The translations under genes and the position numbers were made by a program. A stretch of 18,931 bases of DNA. It comes from a bacterium. Its GTDB lineage: Bacteria > Arandabacterota > Arandabacteria > Arandabacterales > JALGWA01. Numbering within the stretch: the first letter of the stretch is position 1; every line of letters begins with the position of its first letter. Positions 8,061 to 14,983 of this stretch are shown here, in pieces. The notes beneath the pieces are model-generated. The model had not been told where the DNA came from and did no database searches. It saw only the letters and a list, made by a program, of their open reading frames with translations. The stretch spans positions 1 to 18,931 of the forward strand of contig JASFEA010000058.1 in assembly GCA_050125095.1 (NCBI GenBank), given 5' to 3'.

Positions 8061-9122
8061 TCAGATTCCCGGAAGCGTGTCGGCGTTAAGGGTTATGCCG
8101 CGGTCGGTGTAGCGCTCGCCGCATATGCGGTATGCGGCAAGATAGAAGTGGTGCTTTCCTATCGAGAAGCGGACTACATTGGGCTTTATGAGCCGCGGCC
8201 TCCTTATCTTCCTCTTTCCCGTGGCCAGCGCCATGATGAGCGAAGCCTTGGGGTGGAATTGCCTGTCCTTAAGCTGGGACACCCATGGAGGCATGGTGGT
8301 CTCGTCCGCCTCGCTGAACCTCCAGCCCTTATCTTTTACCAGTTGCTTCTCGATATCGTAAGGGTGGGTATGGAAGTCCGCCACGATGTCGGCGCCGAGC
8401 ATCAGGTAATCCATGACGGCCATCTGGATCTCCACGCTGCGGAGATCGTAATCCACCCGGTCCACGAATCCCTCCGCCCTGACCTGTGTTCGCACTCCCC
8501 TCAAGTGTACATAATGGGAGGTGTGCTTGCCGTGCCCCCGGCGCCTCTCTTTGCTCGAGCGCGTCGAGCCCAGGCAGATGCCGTATACTTCGGTGAAAGG
8601 GGTGCCCTTTCCCTTTGGTACCGAATAACCCTCGAGGGCGAGAAGCAGCATGTCGCCTATGGCCCGGTCTTCCAACCTTATGGTCATGTCCTCATGCCGT
8701 TCGTCTACCTCGAAACGCCACGGCGTCTTGCTGTCGGCCACGAGGTCACGGTACTCGCTGAGATGCATGTCCAGCTCGTTCCATAACGCCTCGAGGCACT
8801 TGATCTCGCGTTTGTGGACCCTGTGGCGCGTGGAAACCGTTCCCTTGCTGGCGCCGTAAATGCTTTTCTCATACCATGCCCGGGGGATCTTGTACCTGTC
8901 GAGGGCGACGCGCTTCTCGATCCTGACGAGCAGGTTGTAAAGGTTGCCCCGGGGCACGGATTTGCGGTCGGCGTGCCCCGTGAAGAGGGTGAATGCAAGG
9001 GCGCGTTTGATATCGAACCTGATCTTGCTGCACCGGCGGTTTCCGTGGCAGCGCCTTATGTAGGAATCCAGCGCCTCGTTGAATTCATGTATGTATTTGC
9101 AGTAGCGAGTTAACCTTGGCAT
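8061..9122 (-). CDS. Hypothetical protein with a basic N-terminal region and a C-terminal JAB/MPN (JAMM-motif) metalloenzyme-like domain
   Basis: 353-aa ORF filling the gap, with a GGGAG/GGGGG RBS-like upstream sequence. It carries EVYGICLG ... IVADFHTHP ... FSEAD, matching JAMM E-x(n)-HxH-x(n)-SxxD with a longer HxH-to-S spacer. Confidence 0.72.
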   Translation of the reverse strand: MPRLTRYCKYIHEFNEALDSYIRRCHGNRRCSKIRFDIKRALAFTLFTGHADRKSVPRGNLYNLLVRIEKRVALDRYKIPRAWYEKSIYGASKGTVSTRHRVHKREIKCLEALWNELDMHLSEYRDLVADSKTPWRFEVDERHEDMTIRLEDRAIGDMLLLALEGYSVPKGKGTPFTEVYGICLGSTRSSKERRRGHGKHTSHYVHLRGVRTQVRAEGFVDRVDYDLRSVEIQMAVMDYLMLGADIVADFHTHPYDIEKQLVKDKGWRFSEADETTMPPWVSQLKDRQFHPKASLIMALATGKRKIRRPRLIKPNVVRFSIGKHHFYLAAYRICGERYTDRGITLNADTLPGI

Positions 9123-9344
9123 AAGCCCCCAAAACTCCCTTCCAAAACATTGTATTTATCGGCAGGAGGGACGTCAAGGTGGAGCTCTCAGGCGTCGCCG
9201 GAGGTCGCATGTCGCATACTCGGTGCAATTGGCGCATTATACGAATATTAGGGTGGTCCGGGTTGATCCAGCGATGCCCCCAGGAGCGCCGGAATACAAG
9301 CCCCGGGAGAGCACTATGCAGGCGCTTTCACACCCCCAATCCGC

Positions 9345-9373
9345 TTGACATCCCTAAATTACTGTGTTATACT
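9345..9373 (+). promoter_or_regulatory. Near-consensus sigma70 promoter
   Basis: TTGACA (9345-9350), 17-bp spacer, TATACT (9368-9373), with an extended -10 TG. Predicted start about 9380. Confidence 0.85.
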
Positions 9374-9379
9374 ACACGT

Positions 9380-9518
9380 GGTCAGAAAAACCGAAACGAG
9401 GTGATGTCAGCGACAGCTTGCTAAGAGGTTAGGACTCAATAGAGTCCAGTTCACGATCTAAAACTGAAGGTCTTGAAATGAACCTCTGGCAGGCAGAGTG
9501 CGCTGGCGTTTTTCTTCC
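9380..9518 (+). ncRNA. Candidate structured RNA (sRNA or rsmA-operon leader), family not recognised
   Basis: Begins at the predicted TSS. Nested stems: 9384-9389/9510-9515, 9404-9412/9501-9509 and 9416-9430/9481-9494. Two apical hairpins at 9432-9447 and 9450-9477. Several G-U pairs; ends in TTTTTCTT. Confidence 0.6.
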
Positions 9519-9558
9519 TATCCTGGAATCTCCGCATTGTCTCCTGCCGGCCCTGCTT

Positions 9559-10407
9559 ATGGGCGCGACCTTGAGCCAGCTCGCAATCCTTAAGAAACAC
9601 GGCCTGCGGCTCAAGAAGAGCCTTGGGCAGCACATCCTGGCGGACGCCAATATCGCGCGCAAAATAGTGGACGCCCTCGACCTTGGACCCGATGAGGGCG
9701 TCGTGGAGATCGGTGCGGGCCTGGGGGCGCTTACCACCGAGCTTTCCAGCCGCGCGGGGCGCGTCATCGCCATCGAGATAGACGGCCGGCTGGCCTCCGC
9801 TCTCCGCGAGGAGACCAACGGCAACGTGGACATCCTGGAGGCCAATTTCCTTGCGCTCGACTTCGGTAAGCTCCTGGCGAAATATCCCGATATTAAGACA
9901 TGGAAGGTAGTGGGCAATCTTCCCTACTACATCACGACGAACATACTGCTTCATCTCATAGACGCGAGGGAGCATTTCAAGACGGCCGTGATAACCGTGC
10001 AGGACGAATTCGCGAAGCGTATCGTGGCCGGACCCGGCACGAAGGACTACTCTTCGCTTTCGATACTGATCAGATACAGATTTGAGCCGGAAATCATGTT
10101 CCAAGTCAAACAGACAAGTTTTTTCCCACGTCCCGACGTGCGGTCTAGCGTCGTACGTCTAAGCGTGCTCGAACGACCTGGGGTTGATGTGAGAGAAGAG
10201 GGGCTTTTCTTTCAGACTATAAGAGCGGCGTTCGGGCAGAGGCGGAAGACTCTGAGAAGGAGCCTCAGGCAGATACCAGGGCTAACGCCGGAAACGATAG
10301 AAGTCGTTAGTCGCATGTCGGGCGTGGGATCAGATAGAAGACCGGAAGACCTTTCGATAGAAGAATTTGCCAGCCTGGCTAACGCGGTGAAGGATGTGGT
10401 TGGGTGA
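9559..10407 (+). CDS. rsmA: 16S rRNA (adenine-1518/1519-N6)-dimethyltransferase KsgA/RsmA
   Basis: KKSLGQHIL, VVEIGAGLGALT, AIEID, VVGNLPYYIT, FFPRPDVRSSVV, AFGQRRKTLR and RRPEDLSIEEF. Start placed at ATG 9559 (TTG 9571 also possible) rather than 9478, which lies inside the structured RNA. Confidence 0.96.
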   Translation: MGATLSQLAILKKHGLRLKKSLGQHILADANIARKIVDALDLGPDEGVVEIGAGLGALTTELSSRAGRVIAIEIDGRLASALREETNGNVDILEANFLALDFGKLLAKYPDIKTWKVVGNLPYYITTNILLHLIDAREHFKTAVITVQDEFAKRIVAGPGTKDYSSLSILIRYRFEPEIMFQVKQTSFFPRPDVRSSVVRLSVLERPGVDVREEGLFFQTIRAAFGQRRKTLRRSLRQIPGLTPETIEVVSRMSGVGSDRRPEDLSIEEFASLANAVKDVVG

Positions 10408-12446
10408 TGGCGCGGCTTATCGCGTTACAATTCCTCATTATCCTTCTGGGGGCCGGACTGTTGTCGGCCTGCCTGGCGCAGGACGCCGACGGAGAGCCAG
10501 CCGACTCTGCAGGGGCGGCGGACTCCGCGGCGGTGGTGGATGGCTTCGAGGAAGACGATGAGAGCCCGGACGATGAGCGCTCCGACCTCGAGACGGAGCC
10601 TCCCGACTTCGAGGCGGCCCCCCCGGCGGGCCGCCCGGGATCTCTGCCCGTCTCCTATGAACACTGGTACGACACAACGCATCCGTCTGTGGAGTTCTCG
10701 TTCTCAAAGGAGAAAGACGTCGGCAACTGGGACGCCAGGATCGCACTAAACCAGCAGTTTGGAGCCAAGTTCACGGCGCGCCTCAATGCGTCGATTCGCA
10801 ACCATGAGAACACCACCCTGAATCGCGCCGACGCGAGCGACGGAACGAGTGCGTCCCTGTCGTACCAGCTGAATCCCGACGTGAGCTTCTCGCTCAACTA
10901 CAACTCAACCGTGCTCGCCAACTGGTACAATCTCAAGGGCGGGGCCCCCGATGACAGAAAGAAGCGGGGGAGTTTCACGGTCGCAGCCGACATGTCAAAG
11001 GCCCTGACGAGCGGCCTCGGCCTGAGAGTCCACTTCGGCGGCGGCGCCACGCAGAACTCGTACACCAACCAGAGGAACTCCGGCAACCAGGGCGACCTCG
11101 GCGCCTCAATGACGTTTAATCCCCTCGGATCGAGCCTCCGCGCGTCGGCTGACTACACGAGTAAGCAGAGCTTCCTGAACTCCGAGCTGGCCGACTCGAC
11201 CGGGGCTCTAACGCTTGAGACCAAGGACAAGACCGTCTCACAGAACCTCTCCTTCAACGTGGGCTTCGACCTGTTTCCCGGCATGCGCGTCGGGACCAAT
11301 TTCCTCGCGAATGACGAGCAGAAGCAGCGCCCCGAGCAGCTTACCAACGAGCAGGAAACGGAACGGAATAAGAGGCGCGGCGTGTCGGTAAATACCAATT
11401 ACAGGTTTTCTGACAGGTTCACATGGGAGGCCGCTGTCAGCCTGAGCAGGTCGAAGAGACGCTTCCTTGTCAGGTACGACAGGAACAGCGACGTCAACAA
11501 CGCCGCGATAAACGGCAGCATGAAGATCATCCCGTGGAGCGGTGCGACTCTGAGCATGGGCGGGAAGTGGAGCGACGCCCGCTCGGAATATATTACGGCC
11601 GATACGGGCAACAGCATACAGAAATCCCTCAGTCTCAAGTACGCCCAGAAACTCGGGCCCAAGGCGGATGTCAGCTTCAGCGCCCTGTCGGACCTCTCCG
11701 TCACCGCCTATGACGACAAGGTGGCGAATTTCAAGGACAGGGATTTGCTGACCAACCGCTACAGGCTCGATTTCGGCTATAAACTGCGCCCGCGCATCAG
11801 TCTTTCCCTCGGCGGCGAGTTCTCCGACGAGACCAACGTTTACACGCAGTCCAAACAGTCGGCCAGTAACAGGAACGCGGAGCGGTACAGGGTAACCGGA
11901 GCCTATGACATCAAGACATGGAAAAGCGTCAGCATCAATCAGAGATACGAAATCAGCCAGGTCTTCACGGATTACCATTACGACGACACGCGCAACACGC
12001 TGGTAAGGAACTCGAATATAAATACCAGCGTGGACTTCAAGATCGTCAGCAGCCTCGGCCTCAACCTCCGCCATAATTACAAGTACCAGGACCAGGGCAG
12101 TTACAGGAGAGAGGGCGGGCAGCGTCTTTACGGGAGAGCGACCGAGAGCGAGTCGCACCTGCTCAGCATCGCCGTAAACTACAAGATGGGCAAGCACCTC
12201 AATTTCAGGATCCGGCAGGGATTCTTCACGGATACGCGCTGGAAGTACCAGGATGACGGCTCAAAAGAGCTTGAATACGTTGTGCAGAATACCGACATAA
12301 GTGGTAGGGTGGGCTTCAATTACAAGATCGGCGACACTTCAGAGCTTGCCTTCCACGTTGAGCACAACAGGAAGGAAGGCGACCGCGTAAACGCGGCTTT
12401 CAGGAATTACTGGAATGCGGAAATCCGAGCAAAGCACATCTTCTAG
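10407..12446 (+). CDS. Large outer-membrane beta-barrel protein of unknown function
   Basis: ATG overlaps the rsmA stop (TGATG). Signal peptide, acidic disordered linker, then about 590 aa of alternating amphipathic strands ending in WNAEIRAKHIF (terminal Phe, BAM beta-signal-like). Confidence 0.8.
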   Translation: MARLIALQFLIILLGAGLLSACLAQDADGEPADSAGAADSAAVVDGFEEDDESPDDERSDLETEPPDFEAAPPAGRPGSLPVSYEHWYDTTHPSVEFSFSKEKDVGNWDARIALNQQFGAKFTARLNASIRNHENTTLNRADASDGTSASLSYQLNPDVSFSLNYNSTVLANWYNLKGGAPDDRKKRGSFTVAADMSKALTSGLGLRVHFGGGATQNSYTNQRNSGNQGDLGASMTFNPLGSSLRASADYTSKQSFLNSELADSTGALTLETKDKTVSQNLSFNVGFDLFPGMRVGTNFLANDEQKQRPEQLTNEQETERNKRRGVSVNTNYRFSDRFTWEAAVSLSRSKRRFLVRYDRNSDVNNAAINGSMKIIPWSGATLSMGGKWSDARSEYITADTGNSIQKSLSLKYAQKLGPKADVSFSALSDLSVTAYDDKVANFKDRDLLTNRYRLDFGYKLRPRISLSLGGEFSDETNVYTQSKQSASNRNAERYRVTGAYDIKTWKSVSINQRYEISQVFTDYHYDDTRNTLVRNSNINTSVDFKIVSSLGLNLRHNYKYQDQGSYRREGGQRLYGRATESESHLLSIAVNYKMGKHLNFRIRQGFFTDTRWKYQDDGSKELEYVVQNTDISGRVGFNYKIGDTSELAFHVEHNRKEGDRVNAAFRNYWNAEIRAKHIF

Positions 12447-13044
12447 GCCCGCGGCCAGGGCGGCCCTGATTCTGATGGGATGCCTGGGGCTGGCCGTGGC
12501 GACGTCCTGTTTTTCCACCAGGGACGCGGCCGCTCCCACAACCGGCAGCGGCGACGTGCCCCTCAACCCGCTCTCGGCCTCGGATGTGCTGTATAACATG
12601 GAAGTCGCAATCAAGCAGAAGGACCCGGTCTATTACGAGGAGCTATTCTCTGAGGCATTCCGGTTCAGTCCATCCTCATCTGATTCGGCGGAAGTCGAGA
12701 AGGACTTCCCCGGGGCCTTCTCAAACTGGGACAAGGCGGTAGAGACGGGAGTGATGACGTATATACTCGATCCCGTGCGCAGCGGCATTGCGCGCCTAAA
12801 TCTCCTGGAGGAAATTCTGGACTTCACGGACACGACTTATGAATATCAGGTGGATTACGACCTGATTCTGGAGCATTTGGACGAGGAGGGCACACCGACT
12901 TATATGGGTTACTACGGCCAGGCGCGGCTCTTCCTGAGGAAGCTGCCGGATGGCTACTGGTATATAGAGAGATGGTCCGACTTCAACGAGCCCCCGGAAG
13001 TTTCGTGGGGCCGCCTCAAAGGCGAAACCAGAGGAAGAATGTAA
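12415..13044 (+). CDS. Putative lipoprotein, NTF2/SnoaL-like fold
   Basis: Hydrophobic segment with lipobox-like VATSC. Pattern VLYNMEVAIKQKDPVYYEELFSEAFRF ... WDKAVE ... WYIERWSD. Overlaps the barrel gene 3' end; exact start uncertain. Confidence 0.7.
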   Translation: MRKSEQSTSSRPAARAALILMGCLGLAVATSCFSTRDAAAPTTGSGDVPLNPLSASDVLYNMEVAIKQKDPVYYEELFSEAFRFSPSSSDSAEVEKDFPGAFSNWDKAVETGVMTYILDPVRSGIARLNLLEEILDFTDTTYEYQVDYDLILEHLDEEGTPTYMGYYGQARLFLRKLPDGYWYIERWSDFNEPPEVSWGRLKGETRGRM

Positions 13045-13058
13045 GGGAGGGTAGCGGT

Positions 13059-13625
13059 ATGAGACGATGGGTGCGGGTGCTTCTAATGATCTCTTTTTCG
13101 CTTTACATGGTGGGCTGCTCGGTAAGCAGCGACGACGGCCCGCCGGTGGACCCCGAATTCGACCGGACGACACCGGAAAACCTCATCAAGTACTTCGCGG
13201 ATGCATATGAGAAGGAGGACATTGATAAATACGAGGAGTCTCTTCACGACCAGTTCCTGTTCGAGTTCCTTCCCGACGACGCCGACTCTGCGGGGCTGCC
13301 GCCGGACACGCCCTGGTGGGGAAAAGTGTCGGAGGTGACCGCCGCCGGGAAGCTATTCGACGCAGCGACCATAACCAAGATCGAGATGGATCTTCCAATT
13401 GACGTGGGCCCATGGGATACGGAAGACGGGCTGGGTTTCCGGCTGGATCCCCTGATCAAAGTCACGGAGGAGAAGCCGGATTATACCGAGCCCAAGGTCT
13501 ACCAGGTTGAGGACAGCTATCTGTACGTAGAGACCGTCAGGGACCCGTATGACGAGGACCTGTGGGTGTTCAAGGAGATCACTGAGACGAAGAAGGAAGG
13601 CTTTCTCGCCAGCGCAGGAAAGTGA
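13059..13625 (+). CDS. Putative lipoprotein, NTF2/SnoaL-like fold, paralogue of the upstream gene
   Basis: GGGAGG RBS and ATG 13059. MRRWVRVLLMISFSLYMVGC lipoprotein signal. TPENLIKYFADAYEKEDIDKYEESLHDQFLFEF ... WGKVSE ... WVFKEITE. Confidence 0.75.
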   Translation: MRRWVRVLLMISFSLYMVGCSVSSDDGPPVDPEFDRTTPENLIKYFADAYEKEDIDKYEESLHDQFLFEFLPDDADSAGLPPDTPWWGKVSEVTAAGKLFDAATITKIEMDLPIDVGPWDTEDGLGFRLDPLIKVTEEKPDYTEPKVYQVEDSYLYVETVRDPYDEDLWVFKEITETKKEGFLASAGK

Positions 13626-14046
13626 GCCAAGGATTGGGGTAGCCAAGCTTACAGCCGCCATTGCCGTGCTTGTGGCGTTGGCGGCTCTCGTTTACTTCTC
13701 GCGTGACGCCATAGAACGCGTCATAGCGCCGGAGCGGCCCGATGTCGCCGCCATAGCCGCGGCCGTGGACAGCGCCTATGCCCGGATACGGCCGGTGAGC
13801 ATCGACTCCAGAAGCGTAGACATGGACGGCAGGCCGGTCCGCTGCGACTATGTAAGGCTCAGCCGCAGCCGCTCATTGCTGAGGGCCAACCTGGAGCTGA
13901 CCCGCGCCGTAGAAAAGGCTGGAGGAGGCGTCCTTTATGGTATAGAGTCATACGACGAGCAGAAGCGCAAGCAGTTCCTGACCCTGGGCATATCGAGCGA
14001 TGACAGCCTGGTATGCGAAGTCAAGCTCGAGAGGGGGATTCGGTAG
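13549..14046 (+). CDS. Hypothetical membrane-anchored protein (start uncertain)
   Basis: The ORF fills the gap to pdxJ. A single hydrophobic helix (LTAAIAVLVALAALVYF) is followed by an alpha/beta domain. Confidence 0.6.
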   Translation: MTRTCGCSRRSLRRRRKAFSPAQESEPRIGVAKLTAAIAVLVALAALVYFSRDAIERVIAPERPDVAAIAAAVDSAYARIRPVSIDSRSVDMDGRPVRCDYVRLSRSRSLLRANLELTRAVEKAGGGVLYGIESYDEQKRKQFLTLGISSDDSLVCEVKLERGIR

Positions 14047-14062
14047 GCGGAGGTAGGCTTGA

Positions 14063-14776
14063 ATGGCTAGACTGGCAATCAATGTTGACCATGTCGCGAC
14101 CGTAAGGCAGGCGCGCGGCATAACCTTTCCGGACCCGGTCGAGGCCGCGGTGCTGTGCGAGCATGCCGGAGCGGACGGCATCGTGGTGCACCTCAGAGAG
14201 GACAGGCGGCATATACAGGACCGGGACGTCAGGCTCCTCCGGGAAATTGTGAAGACCAAGCTCAATCTTGAGATGGCCGCCACCCCGGAGATAATAGCCA
14301 TAGCCCAGGAAGTGCGCCCCGACATCGTGACGCTCGTGCCCGAGAAGCGGGAGGAGCTCACCACGGAGGGCGGGCTGGACGTCAAGGGCAACCTCCAGGC
14401 CTTCGAGCGCGCCATAACCGAGCTCCGCGACGCCGGTATCCGCGTGAGCTGCTTTGTGGACCCGGATATCTCCCAGATCAAGGCCTCAATCGACTCGGGC
14501 GCCGACATAGTAGAGATACACACGGGCGCTTACGCCGAAGCCGCGGACGAGGAGGCGGCCGGGATCGAGCTTGAGAAGATCGCCAAGGTGGCCGGATTCG
14601 CGTCAAAGGGGGGCTTGAGGGTAAGCGCGGGGCACGGCCTCAACTACTGGAATACCAGGCCGGTAGCCGGGATCGACGAGGTAGAGGAGCTCAGCATCGG
14701 GCATGCCATTATCGCGAGGGCCATCATGGTGGGCCTGACCCAGGCCGTCCAGGAGATGATATTGCTCGCCGAGTAG
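14063..14776 (+). CDS. pdxJ: Pyridoxine 5'-phosphate synthase
   Basis: [71 protein letters not shown] and ELSIGHAII. Confidence 0.98.
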   Translation: MARLAINVDHVATVRQARGITFPDPVEAAVLCEHAGADGIVVHLREDRRHIQDRDVRLLREIVKTKLNLEMAATPEIIAIAQEVRPDIVTLVPEKREELTTEGGLDVKGNLQAFERAITELRDAGIRVSCFVDPDISQIKASIDSGADIVEIHTGAYAEAADEEAAGIELEKIAKVAGFASKGGLRVSAGHGLNYWNTRPVAGIDEVEELSIGHAIIARAIMVGLTQAVQEMILLAE

Positions 14777-14864
14777 GCCGGAGGCCGCACTCCGGCGGGC
14801 CCCGAGGGGCGATTCGACCGGGCCCGGGGGCCGATTCGGCCGCCGGACCGCCCGGATTTACCTG

Positions 14865-14893
14865 TTGACACAGCCTATGGGGCACCTTAAACT
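14865..14893 (+). promoter_or_regulatory. Putative sigma70 promoter for secDF
   Basis: TTGACA (14865-14870), 17-bp spacer, TAAACT (14888-14893). Confidence 0.75.
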
Positions 14894-14983
14894 ATCTTCT
14901 CGGTTATTCCTTGAAGATGAGCCGCATGCGGCTCTTATTGCTAGCTGCATATCCGAAACGAACTTAAAAAGAAGGGTCTCCGC

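Noticed and set aside
9160-9330. Fragments reminiscent of glycine (GGAGGGAC..GTCGCCGGAGG, CTCTCAGG), SAH (AGGAGCGC..GGCGCT) or ykkC (AAGCCCCGGGAG) riboswitches
   Set aside because: Conserved elements are mismatched or out of order, and the region is upstream of the strong + strand promoter.
9404-9424. Tiny ORF MSATAC* inside the structured RNA
   Set aside because: The SD-like GAGGTG abuts the ATG with no spacer, and the codons are sequestered in the main stem.
9478-9558. N-terminal extension of RsmA from ATG 9478
   Set aside because: It lies within the predicted RNA stem and adds residues with no KsgA similarity.
14777-14856. GC-rich hairpins after pdxJ
   Set aside because: There is no U-tract, so they cannot be called an intrinsic terminator, and stems arise easily at this GC content.
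9391-14961. CCGAAACGA shared by the structured RNA (9391-9399) and the secD leader (14953-14961)
   Set aside because: A single 9-mer match is plausible by chance and the flanking contexts differ.
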